Virus record (IMG/VR): IMGVR_UViG_3300034053_000011
Span: 1 to 56,168 of that record
Direction: 5' to 3' (one strand)
Length of the DNA stretch: 56,168 nt
From: a virus
Lineage: Duplodnaviria; Caudoviricetes
The notes beneath the pieces are model-generated. The model searched no databases and had not been told where the DNA came from. It worked only from the letters and a program-made list of their open reading frames with translations. Within the stretch, counting starts at the first letter, position 1. Each line of letters starts with the position of its first letter. This document shows, piece after piece, positions 35,358 through 44,111 of this stretch. Made by a program: the position numbers and the translations under genes.

Positions 35358-35617
35358 ACTAACCTCTCCATAATCTCAGCACGTTCCCGTGCCGTCTTGA
35401 GTTTTGCGTAACGCTGATGGATACGCTCGACGAAACTCTTACGCTTCCGAGTCTCAATTTCACGTTCGATCAACTTGAACAACTGGTCTTCCCGCAGATT
35501 CGACAACTCACGGTTCAAAATTCCGTAGTCGTTAAGTAGCGCATCCATGATCATCTGTTCCACGTTTGTCTCCTGTCTGTTGAACATGTGTATGTATCTT
35601 AATCTCACATTTTCCAA
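35354..35617 (-). CDS. Hypothetical protein
   Basis: 87 aa helical; ERIHQRY.K...RER motif. Confidence 0.6.
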   Translation of the reverse strand: MENVRLRYIHMFNRQETNVEQMIMDALLNDYGILNRELSNLREDQLFKLIEREIETRKRKSFVERIHQRYAKLKTARERAEIMERLV

Positions 35618-35620
35618 CAG

Positions 35621-37042
35621 TCAAGACTTTTCCTTCGATAATCTATAAGACTTTATCGCGTTTCTAAGGGAGTTTTGTGTGTCGGCCTTATCATTCAGTG
35701 CCAGTGCTTGCGCATGATCGAGGGTGTCGAGGGTCAGAATACGATGGCAAATCACAGGGATACCTTGCCCTTGACGACGGATACGAGCATTGAACTGGTC
35801 GTATAAGTCGAGGCTCCAGTTCAGACCGAACCAGACTAGGTGATGTCCGATCTTCTGTAGTCCGTCGATACCATGTCCCATACTGGCAGGATGTCCGATC
35901 ATCAGGGCGCACTCTCCCGATTGCCAGTATTCCATTGCTGCCTTCAGTGATGCCTCGGTTTTACACTCCGTCAGATTGACGGGTTTCAGATCCTTGAATC
36001 GCTCCATGATCCTCTCAGCGTCACTGCGGTAAGCGTAGGAGCAGAGGATAGGCTGACTGGCGCATTCTTCGATGATGTCTTCCAAGGCATCAAGTTTAAG
36101 GTCATGGATGTACTCCCACTTGGGGTCGCCAGGAATGGGGTAAAGCGCACCATTACTGAACTGTAGGCACTTGTTAGTGAGGCTGGCAGCATTGAACATC
36201 TCAACCTCGGTGCCGTTGTCGAGTGCCAAGAAGAATTCTCTTTCCATCCGGTCATACATGGAGCGAAGATCGTCGGTCAGTTCGACCTCTACATCGTGGA
36301 TAATCATGTCCGGTAATGGGTTGTAGTCCTCGGCTGACATCTCCAGAGTAATGTCTCCTATGAGGCGTTTAATCGTTTCCTCAGTGTCCGAGTATGGTAC
36401 TTCCTTGTATGGGCCTTCCTTACGGTAGAAACGGGTCTTAAACGCTGTTTTAGAGGTTCCCAAGCGTACCCCTTGGTCAAGTACCAAGTATTGTCCATGG
36501 AGATCTTTGTAACCGTTGCTGGCGGGTGTGCCTGTCAGTCCTGTAGTCCATGCGAACTTGGGTAACACTTTCCTCAATGCCTTGACCCGTTGAGTTGCTG
36601 AGTTCTTGCACTTGCTAATCTCGTCATAGACGATCCCATCGAATGGGAACGGGGTGTCCTTGTCGATGAAGTAAGTCTTGAGTGTCTCGGATAGCCAACC
36701 AAGGTTTTCATAGTTGATGAGATAAACATCTGCCTCGCGTAGCAAGGCACGAGTACGCTGATCCTTCGTACCCATCACCATACTGAACCGTAATCCTTTA
36801 GTATGTTCCCACTTTGCTGCCTCCTGCCGCCACACTAGACGGCACACACGAATGGGTGCAACGATCACAACTGCCTTGAGGTAGCCACAACCGATCAGGT
36901 CAGCAATGCTGGTGAGGGTGATAGCGGTCTTACCCAACCCCATATCGAGCCAGAGTGCAGAGGCAGGGTGAGTGGATTGGAACAGGACGGCCTTTTGTTG
37001 GTACGAATGGAGTTGCTCACGGGTTAGCATAATGATCCCCAT
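35621..37042 (-). CDS. SNF2-family DNA helicase
   Basis: LDMGLGKT (Walker A), YDEIS (Walker B), LTGTP, HGIDGLQ, Q.NARI.RQGQ. Confidence 0.92.
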   Translation of the reverse strand: MGIIMLTREQLHSYQQKAVLFQSTHPASALWLDMGLGKTAITLTSIADLIGCGYLKAVVIVAPIRVCRLVWRQEAAKWEHTKGLRFSMVMGTKDQRTRALLREADVYLINYENLGWLSETLKTYFIDKDTPFPFDGIVYDEISKCKNSATQRVKALRKVLPKFAWTTGLTGTPASNGYKDLHGQYLVLDQGVRLGTSKTAFKTRFYRKEGPYKEVPYSDTEETIKRLIGDITLEMSAEDYNPLPDMIIHDVEVELTDDLRSMYDRMEREFFLALDNGTEVEMFNAASLTNKCLQFSNGALYPIPGDPKWEYIHDLKLDALEDIIEECASQPILCSYAYRSDAERIMERFKDLKPVNLTECKTEASLKAAMEYWQSGECALMIGHPASMGHGIDGLQKIGHHLVWFGLNWSLDLYDQFNARIRRQGQGIPVICHRILTLDTLDHAQALALNDKADTQNSLRNAIKSYRLSKEKS

Positions 37043-37608
37043 TGATGGGCCATTGCATCTGCGATACCTTGGTAGGTACGACTACGCTCTTTCCAACGAT
37101 CAGGACTGGGTGGTAAATAGTGTAGTCTCTCTCTCTGATTCTTAGGTAACAGCATCATTTCATCCTTGACGTTGTTTGTTGGAATCAGTTTTGGCAACCC
37201 TTTCAACCATAGGCAAGTGGTTTTCTGTTCCATATGTCCAAACATCCACGGTTGAATGATCTGGTCGGGTTTGCGGATCTTGCTGCTGATTACACTGATA
37301 GGGTTCTCAATGGCTATCCTTGGTATCGGAGCATCCATCAACATTTGCACAAAATCCAATGCTCTCTGTTGTCTTCCATCCGCTATCTTCTCTTTGAACC
37401 ATACAGCACCCGATACTGCAATATCCGTACATGGAGGATGTGCTACCATCAGATCCCACCCTTGGCCAATGATGTCAAAAACATCACCTTGGTAATGATT
37501 CCCTGGTGCGTCAGACGACAATAGATCACAAGACATTGCGAAGTGTCCCTTGGCAGCAAAGGCATCCCGTACTCGACCACTGTATTCACAAGCCACCAGA
37601 ATGTTCAT
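37024..37608 (-). CDS. Short C5-cytosine methyltransferase-like protein
   Basis: LVACE.SG (motif I-like), HPPCT (motif IV), IENP (motif VI), RS.TY.GIA.AMA.QW. Confidence 0.75.
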   Translation of the reverse strand: MNILVACEYSGRVRDAFAAKGHFAMSCDLLSSDAPGNHYQGDVFDIIGQGWDLMVAHPPCTDIAVSGAVWFKEKIADGRQQRALDFVQMLMDAPIPRIAIENPISVISSKIRKPDQIIQPWMFGHMEQKTTCLWLKGLPKLIPTNNVKDEMMLLPKNQRERLHYLPPSPDRWKERSRTYQGIADAMAHQWGSLC

Positions 37609-37880
37609 AAATAATGATCCACCATTGCCTTCCCCGCATCTACCGAGTCAATCACATACACCAGGCACCCGTGGTCACGCAGACGGGTATGCTCCCGCAG
37701 CTGACCCGCAGTGGGTTTCTTACCTGCCTGTTTGAACTCGATGAACACCACTAGGCCGTCAGGACGAATGAATATCTGGTCAGGTACAAATGAATGCCCT
37801 GGTGATGTCCATTTCCGAGTCAGCCACCCTTTTGACTCGGCGTACCCCTTGACCTTCTTCTCTATGTCTTTTTCGACCAC
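37605..37880 (-). CDS. VRR-NUC nuclease
   Basis: E..IE...PD...FIEFK..G.KP...Q; GTG start at 37880 after GGAGG. Confidence 0.85.
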   Translation of the reverse strand: MVEKDIEKKVKGYAESKGWLTRKWTSPGHSFVPDQIFIRPDGLVVFIEFKQAGKKPTAGQLREHTRLRDHGCLVYVIDSVDAGKAMVDHYL

Positions 37881-38368
37881 TATTCCTCCCCACAATGAGT
37901 ATGATAAATTTTATGTGCGGCCTTCCTTGCAGCAATTGCCTCATCTTTAGTTTTGTAAAACCCAAGATATATAAGTTTCTTATTAATATAAATTCTGGCC
38001 TCATAACCTCCGGAATTACTATAAACCCCCTTGACTCCTTGCGTGTTTCTTATAGATCTTTTTGTATTCTGACAATTTTGAGAATATGTGACCTCTCTTA
38101 GATTTTCAATCCTATTATCGTTTCTGACCCTATTTATATGGTCTAAGTACGACATGGGCCATTTCCCGTGGTACATTGCCCATATCACCCGATGAGCAAG
38201 TAACGGTCTTCTATCAATACTCACACCTAAATACCCATCTGGTCTAAGACACCCAGCTACTTTTCCGGCTCTGTCATTCCGCGCACAGCCAGGTCTAGGT
38301 TTCCATATCAACTTACCAGTTGTCGGGTCATAAATAAGAAGTTCATTAAGTCTAGATATTGTAATCAT
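37880..38368 (-). CDS. HNH homing endonuclease with an AP2-like C-terminus
   Basis: AHRVIW...DHINR.RNDNRIENLR; GVKGV...YLG.Y....EA; AT-rich. Confidence 0.9.
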   Translation of the reverse strand: MITISRLNELLIYDPTTGKLIWKPRPGCARNDRAGKVAGCLRPDGYLGVSIDRRPLLAHRVIWAMYHGKWPMSYLDHINRVRNDNRIENLREVTYSQNCQNTKRSIRNTQGVKGVYSNSGGYEARIYINKKLIYLGFYKTKDEAIAARKAAHKIYHTHCGEE

Positions 38369-38380
38369 GCTTGAATTCTA

Positions 38381-40207
38381 TCATGTTAGACACAGTTTCT
38401 TTACCTCATCTATGTACCATTGGTAACTGACCGGCAAGGTGGCATCTGTCAGGTTATTGCAAATGCAGACCTTGCAGTCCTTCTGTACGTCGAACCATCT
38501 GTTCTCGGTCTTACCCTTCAACGGTGGCATGACCTTGAGTAACGTGCCACCAGCATCGCTGATGTAGTAGCGCATGGTGTTCTCGACCTGTCGTTGCCCT
38601 TCTTCGTCGGTGTAGATCAGGCGAGAACTGCGAGGCACCTTGACGCGGATCATGAAGTCCATCAGATCAGGCCATGTGATGACAGTCTCATCAATGGGTT
38701 TGCCATAGACCAGATGCTGCTCGGCAACCTTGGCAACCACAGAAGCAGAACTGTCTTGGTGCCACTCCTTGTCGTACTCATAGGCACCCTTGCGCTTCAC
38801 ATCACCATCTGTCTTGACTGCCAGATAGTTATTAACATCGCGGATGACCATCTTGCTGTACTCGGCATACTCCAAGTTCAGTTTGGTCTGCTTCTCCCAA
38901 TACTTGCAGATCGCATCCACCGTATCCCGCGCACTACGCTTCATCCTGACCGTGATACCATCCGTATTGACCTGTATGATCTCCAGATTCTCATGGATAT
39001 ACATCAAACGCTCGGCAAGCAGGGAGAGCATCATCTGCCCGCCAATGGTAATCTTCATGGTGAATAGGGGATCATAGAAGATGCTGAACTTATCGTTGGA
39101 CTTACCGTATGTCCCGTTGAGCGCCAGCTTGAGCATGGCATTCTCGGCAGTGCCTTTCTTGTATCCTATTCGCTGAGTGCGTAGATCACGATAGACATCA
39201 ACGAAGCGAGGGCCAAGATGCTCAGGGTAATGACTGTGTTCAATAGCGATGGATGGATACAAACTGCTTACATCCATGTCGAGGATCATCCACTCGTCAT
39301 CAGCAATGAACACCTTGTTCTCAACGGAGGCGTGGAGTCCTCCAGTACCATAGACGAATTCGAGTCCCTTGACGGTAGCGACAACATCCTTGAAGACCCC
39401 CTTGGTTTCAGTGATGACCTGGGTGCTGAACCAGTCTCTGACCCGTTGGAACTCAGGGTGTGTGAATTGCACCCATGTGGGAACACACTCTTGAAGGTGG
39501 ATGAATTCGCGATTTGTTTGGCGTGGAACTCGACCCTCAGTAGTGTATGTGTAACACTGGACACCAACCCGTTCCAGTTCCATCTGGAAGATCTCAGCAC
39601 CGATCTTTGTGTCGTTGTGGTTAATGAAATCCCTGCCATGCTTGACTGTCAGTTCCTCACGGAACCTGATCTGCTCCAATGACTGATGATAGAACTGCTT
39701 GGTTGCCTTAACGTCATAGGCGTTATAGTCATGTAGCACTTTAATTTGGTCAGGATTCAACGTAGTACCAACAGGGAACGGCAGATCGCTAATGTTGTCC
39801 ATACGCATCTGGAATTCCAGTGCCTTCAACGATGTCGTTCTCGCCTTGTTGTCAAAGTGGTGGATCTTGTAGAGATCGACCTGGGGGATAAGACGATCTG
39901 ACGGGTAGATCATTCCTTCAAACTTGTTGTCCGACCCAATGATCGACTGCGCCTTGTTATAGAGCGCCAAAGCGTTTGTGCGCCCCTTGAGCAGTAAATG
40001 GAGGATGGGGTAATCGAACCCGACATTGTTGAACCCCACTAGCCTCGCATCAATCGAGATCAGATATCGACACCACTCAAGGATCTGGTCGTAGTCATCA
40101 CGATAGTCGCTGATCTCAAAAGACCAAGTAAGAGGTAGACCCGAATGCTCCGCTGCCAGAGTGAAGCAATTCGGGTAGACTTCCGAATCGTACACAATGT
40201 CAATCAT
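38381..40207 (-). CDS. Family B DNA polymerase with 3'-5' exonuclease
   Basis: Exonuclease motifs DSE, GFNN..FD and YN..DV; polymerase motifs DVSSLYPS, KLALNGTYG and NTDG. Confidence 0.92.
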   Translation of the reverse strand: MIDIVYDSEVYPNCFTLAAEHSGLPLTWSFEISDYRDDYDQILEWCRYLISIDARLVGFNNVGFDYPILHLLLKGRTNALALYNKAQSIIGSDNKFEGMIYPSDRLIPQVDLYKIHHFDNKARTTSLKALEFQMRMDNISDLPFPVGTTLNPDQIKVLHDYNAYDVKATKQFYHQSLEQIRFREELTVKHGRDFINHNDTKIGAEIFQMELERVGVQCYTYTTEGRVPRQTNREFIHLQECVPTWVQFTHPEFQRVRDWFSTQVITETKGVFKDVVATVKGLEFVYGTGGLHASVENKVFIADDEWMILDMDVSSLYPSIAIEHSHYPEHLGPRFVDVYRDLRTQRIGYKKGTAENAMLKLALNGTYGKSNDKFSIFYDPLFTMKITIGGQMMLSLLAERLMYIHENLEIIQVNTDGITVRMKRSARDTVDAICKYWEKQTKLNLEYAEYSKMVIRDVNNYLAVKTDGDVKRKGAYEYDKEWHQDSSASVVAKVAEQHLVYGKPIDETVITWPDLMDFMIRVKVPRSSRLIYTDEEGQRQVENTMRYYISDAGGTLLKVMPPLKGKTENRWFDVQKDCKVCICNNLTDATLPVSYQWYIDEVKKLCLT

Positions 40208-40646
40208 ATTTTAGTTCTGACCAACAATTAGGTTTCGGTGGGTAAACATAACCCCCGTCAGATCTCCCTTCACACCAAACTTTTATCCTACTAATTGTCA
40301 CACCAAATATCTTCGCTGCATGACTCAGACTTGCATATCTAATACCATCGACGAACCACCACTTAGCAATTCGTGTGTTTCTCATTTGGGTAGTCTTATC
40401 GGCCCAATAACAATTGTCTTTCGAATATCCTTTTGTATTATCCTTACGATCAATTTGATGGTTAGGTGTTGGTCGTAACCCCATATCATGGATGAACCGA
40501 ATAGGATCGTCCCATTCAGGACATATAGATATATGGGCGTAATAATATGAATCGTGTCTACTTGGGTTATTACACCTCTGACGCATATTGATCCATACTC
40601 CGTACTCAGGGGTAAACCTTAACCCATGTTTATATCCTTTGGGCAT
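40200..40646 (-). CDS. HNH-like homing endonuclease
   Basis: W.NMRQRC.NP, IC.EW, IDRKDN.KGY..DNC.W; AT-rich. Confidence 0.8.
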   Translation of the reverse strand: MPKGYKHGLRFTPEYGVWINMRQRCNNPSRHDSYYYAHISICPEWDDPIRFIHDMGLRPTPNHQIDRKDNTKGYSKDNCYWADKTTQMRNTRIAKWWFVDGIRYASLSHAAKIFGVTISRIKVWCEGRSDGGYVYPPKPNCWSELKYD

Positions 40647-40768
40647 TTATTTCTGTCTCCAATCGACACATTTAATGGTGGTGTATCGCTTATACAAACG
40701 ACACCAATCTCGGAATCCGAGAAACGTCAGTTTCTGCCTACAGTGATAGCACGTTTCACATATGGTTT

Positions 40769-40790
40769 TGAAAAGGGGGATTGCTCCCCC
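40769..40790 (-). terminator. Terminator after the SSB gene
   Basis: Minus strand GGGGAGCAATCCCCC followed by TTTTC. Confidence 0.55.
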
Positions 40791-40796
40791 AGTCCC

Positions 40797-41414
40797 TTAT
40801 TGCGGCATCAGGAAGGCAGGAAATGCTGGAGCAGCAGGGGCAGCACCCACGGCACCAAACAGCGAGGACGCATCAGCAGCACCTTCACCGAATGCCTCAC
40901 CATCGCTGGCGAACTGGATCGCAATCAGGTCGCAACGAATACCACGACCATATTGGTTCTCCTGCACCCACGGGCGAACAGCGGCATTGACGAAGCAGCC
41001 ACCGTACAGTTTCCTCGCCAGTTGCTGATACTCCATCGTGTTGCCAGCATCAACAGGAGTGCCATCCAGACGGATCATCTGTGGCATCTGATCTTTGTTG
41101 GCACTGATGTAGACGTTCCCATCGTAACCGCTATACGGCTTGAAGGTCTTCTTATCAACCTTGTCAGCGGGGCCACCAAAACAGCGCAGCTTACGGTCTG
41201 CTTGGATCATCTGGAGGACGGCAGGGGAGTTTTCCTTCCACTTCTCTTGGGCTATAGCGGCAACCCGCGCCATGAACTGCTTGAAACCTGCGTGGTCTTG
41301 CGCCATGATGAAATCCGCACTGTACTTCTTGACGGCATTGGGTGCCGGGGAATGCGGTTCAACCAGATGGGGGAACGACAGACGAACATTTTGCAAATAA
41401 ACGATTTCAGACAT
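40797..41414 (-). CDS. DUF2815 single-stranded DNA-binding protein
   Basis: NVRLSFP, KYS, YGGC.VN and L.AIQF..DGE.FG motifs. Confidence 0.85.
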   Translation of the reverse strand: MSEIVYLQNVRLSFPHLVEPHSPAPNAVKKYSADFIMAQDHAGFKQFMARVAAIAQEKWKENSPAVLQMIQADRKLRCFGGPADKVDKKTFKPYSGYDGNVYISANKDQMPQMIRLDGTPVDAGNTMEYQQLARKLYGGCFVNAAVRPWVQENQYGRGIRCDLIAIQFASDGEAFGEGAADASSLFGAVGAAPAAPAFPAFLMPQ

Positions 41415-41426
41415 TTTGATTCTCCA

Positions 41427-42608
41427 TTAAGAGGGATTAGCAGGTATCGCCGCGAACATCGAAGCGACACCCAATTCTACTGCTTGCCGCTTGTCTGCGG
41501 CGGGTACTACGGTCAAAGAACCTTCAGACTTTTTGATGAACTCGGTCTGCATCTGGGTCTTGTGCTTATCGGACAGCACATGCTCTGACCCATCGCGTTT
41601 AGTCCACTTCAACTTCTCAGCTTGGGTAGGGGATACCACTTTGCGACTGTAACAGTCATCAGACGGCACCCCTGCCTTCTTGAGAAACGCCAGCACCTGA
41701 TCCTCCGGTACTGCCCAGTCACGACTGCCACGACCACGAACAACCTTTAGACCTGCAATGGGTTGTCCGATCTCAGCGAGGCGCAGTGCTTCCTTCTCGG
41801 CACTCTCGATCAGATCAAGGATCAACGCCTTGCGCTCGATCACCATACGAATCTTGTCGGTAGGCGTTATTACTGTGGTCAGGTCGGGGAATACCTCGGC
41901 AACTACCCCATTCAACACAGTACAGTTTACCTTGTGCTTACAGTAATGGCAGTGATCACCCGAGATCAGTGGCGCATTCGGATCTTGCGTAGCCTGGGCA
42001 TCGAGGGCAATCTGTGGTAAGCCAGCAAGGAACTCATCAATGGTCTTAGTGATTGATACATACCCATCCATCCCCTTACTACGCAACTTAGGTTGAATAA
42101 TCCCCAATGTGATCCGTTTGTACTGACTGAAGTCATTCAATCCCGCCAATACACCGAACCCGTATTGCTCCAACTGGGGAGTCTCAGCATCAACAATCGA
42201 CACGCCATCCTTGTAGTCCCATACCTCAATGTAGTCATCACCAAGGATCGTGATGTCTGCCGTACCACCTAGTCCATTGATACCGATCAGTGGTGCCGGA
42301 TCGACCTTACGCTCAGATAACACTCGACCACCACGAGAGAGGATAAAGTCGAGCGCGAACTGGACACGCTCGGCACGATCAGCATCAACAGTGAATTTAC
42401 CATCCTGATCCTCCATCTCCTGTCCAACCCATGCAGAAGGGGGAAAGAATGGAGTTTCAATACATTTGGCGAGTACGGTATGGGTATGCGTACCATCAAT
42501 GGCAGCAGGACTGGATCTCTTATCAGGGTACTGCGCTTCTTCCCTGACGGAACCTGGACACTTACGCCACCGGGGTGACTTCGACGGGGATAAGTTCTCA
42601 TGCACCAT
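41427..42608 (-). CDS. DUF2800 Cas4-like PD-(D/E)xK nuclease
   Basis: H..LSPS...RW..CPGS, GT..H, GTAD, DYK.G, QL..Y, IIQP, HCHYC.....C. Confidence 0.85.
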   Translation of the reverse strand: MVHENLSPSKSPRWRKCPGSVREEAQYPDKRSSPAAIDGTHTHTVLAKCIETPFFPPSAWVGQEMEDQDGKFTVDADRAERVQFALDFILSRGGRVLSERKVDPAPLIGINGLGGTADITILGDDYIEVWDYKDGVSIVDAETPQLEQYGFGVLAGLNDFSQYKRITLGIIQPKLRSKGMDGYVSITKTIDEFLAGLPQIALDAQATQDPNAPLISGDHCHYCKHKVNCTVLNGVVAEVFPDLTTVITPTDKIRMVIERKALILDLIESAEKEALRLAEIGQPIAGLKVVRGRGSRDWAVPEDQVLAFLKKAGVPSDDCYSRKVVSPTQAEKLKWTKRDGSEHVLSDKHKTQMQTEFIKKSEGSLTVVPAADKRQAVELGVASMFAAIPANPS

Positions 42609-43068
42609 TTTTCAATGCCTCGACGTTATCGAACAATACCTGATACTGTTCCGGCTTGACCTCGGAGATGTTCTTAATCCCCATCTTGTCCAGCACTCCT
42701 TGGATCTGAGCCCCCTTCGTCGGCCCCATCACCTGATAAACGCCCATGATCCAACCCACCATTTCCTTCTGAGTCGTGAAGGGCGCATGGGTGGGTTTAG
42801 CGGGTGCTGCGGCAGTCTCGACCACCACAGGGGATACAGTAACAGTCACGGGTGTAGGAGTCTCGACTACCACGGGTGCCGGTGCAGGGGTTGCCACGGG
42901 TGCCGGCGCGGGAGTTGCCACGGGTGCAGGTGCTGGTGTAGGATTAGACTCGGCAACTTTCTCTGCCACCTTCTCGGCAACAGCGGGAGGGAGTTTCTCG
43001 ATCAGCATCTTGAGAACTTGAGTGTTAGCCAGGATCGCTTCAGCAATTACGATGATTTCGGATTTCAT
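42598..43068 (-). CDS. Hypothetical replication-cluster protein with a Pro/Ala linker
   Basis: Three TPAPAPVA units (24-bp repeats); C-terminal G..NISEV.PEQY motif. Confidence 0.7.
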   Translation of the reverse strand: MKSEIIVIAEAILANTQVLKMLIEKLPPAVAEKVAEKVAESNPTPAPAPVATPAPAPVATPAPAPVVVETPTPVTVTVSPVVVETAAAPAKPTHAPFTTQKEMVGWIMGVYQVMGPTKGAQIQGVLDKMGIKNISEVKPEQYQVLFDNVEALKNGA

Positions 43069-43820
43069 GATTGGCCTTTCAGTTGAAAAATACGGTCTAA
43101 GAACCGAATATAAGCACCACTGAGGTTGGTACCACGGAGGTTGGCACCAATGAGGTCGGCACCACTGAGGTTGGTACCACGGAGGTCGGCATCACTGAGG
43201 TTGACACCACTGAGGTTGGCACCACTGAGGTTGGTATCACTGAGGTTGACACCACTGAGGTTGGCGTCACTGAGGTCGGCACCACTGAGGTTGGCACCAA
43301 TGAGGTCGGCACCACTGAGGTTGGTATCACTGAGGTTGACACCACTGAGGTTGACACCACTGAGGTTGGCACCACGGAGGTTGGCGTCACTGAGGTCGGC
43401 ACCACTGAGGTTGGCACCAATGAGGTCGGCATCACGGAGGTCGGCACCACTGAGGTTGGCACCATTGAGGTTGGCACCACTGAGGTTGGTACCACTGAGG
43501 TCGGCACCAATGAGGTTGGCACCACTGAGGTCGGCATCAATGAGGTTGGCACCATTGAGGTTGGCATCACTGAGGTTGACACCACTGAGGTTGGCACCAC
43601 TGAGGCCAGCATCACGGAGGTCGGCACCACTGAGGTTGGTACCACTGAGGTTGGTACCACGGAGGTCGGCATCAATGAGGTTGGCACCAATGAGGTTGGC
43701 ATCACTGAGGTTGGCACCACTGAGGTCGGCATCAATGAGGTTGGCACCACGGAGGTCGGCACCACTGAGTGTTTCAATTTCCAACATAGTCATTCCATTG
43801 AATCTATTTATTATTTTCAT
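43065..43820 (-). CDS. Pentapeptide repeat protein
   Basis: About 44 consecutive A(N/D)L(S/R/I)(G/D) pentads encoded by 15-bp tandem repeats. Confidence 0.9.
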   Translation of the reverse strand: MKIINRFNGMTMLEIETLSGADLRGANLIDADLSGANLSDANLIGANLIDADLRGTNLSGTNLSGADLRDAGLSGANLSGVNLSDANLNGANLIDADLSGANLIGADLSGTNLSGANLNGANLSGADLRDADLIGANLSGADLSDANLRGANLSGVNLSGVNLSDTNLSGADLIGANLSGADLSDANLSGVNLSDTNLSGANLSGVNLSDADLRGTNLSGADLIGANLRGTNLSGAYIRFLDRIFQLKGQS

Positions 43821-44014
43821 GATTGACCTTTCAGGGTAAAGAGGGGGTTTTTGGGTGCTGCAATTTCCACACGGTTCTCGATGAATGCCTCCACCAATTC
43901 CCGCAGGACATAGGATGTGCCACCATACTTGGCACTGAGGTTGATGAACTGCCGCCGAGTCTCCGGCGACACCCGCACTGCTATCTGCTGGTCTTTCGTC
44001 TTCTTGGTTACCAC
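43817..44014 (-). CDS. Ribbon-helix-helix-like DNA-binding protein
   Basis: QIAVRV strand followed by helices (S.VLRELVEAF); first gene after the divergent promoters. Confidence 0.65.
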   Translation of the reverse strand: MVTKKTKDQQIAVRVSPETRRQFINLSAKYGGTSYVLRELVEAFIENRVEIAAPKNPLFTLKGQS

Positions 44015-44040
44015 TGAACTCTCCTTCAGTTGATCAGGTG

Positions 44041-44075
44041 TTGCAAAGTTTAGACGTTTGTTTTACACTTGTCAA
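44041..44075. promoter_or_regulatory. Overlapping divergent sigma70 promoters
   Basis: Plus strand TTGCAA-17-TACACT (44041-44069); minus strand TTGACA-17-TAAACT (44075-44047). Confidence 0.75.
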
Positions 44076-44111
44076 TAGCAGTCCCAAAAAAATAATTTCC
44101 AAGGAGTAACA

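Noticed and set aside
40650-40790. tRNA, group I intron or second ribozyme in the hairpin-rich spacer
   Set aside because: No cloverleaf, hammerhead core or intron core could be assembled, and the flanking genes look intact.
41427-42608. Cas4-like gene as evidence of a CRISPR system
   Set aside because: DUF2800 is a standard partner of DUF2815 and polymerase in phage replication modules; no array is present.
43097-43839. Long alternative-frame ORFs and a CRISPR-like look of the 15-bp repeats
   Set aside because: By-products of the pentapeptide repeat; no unique spacers and no cas genes.
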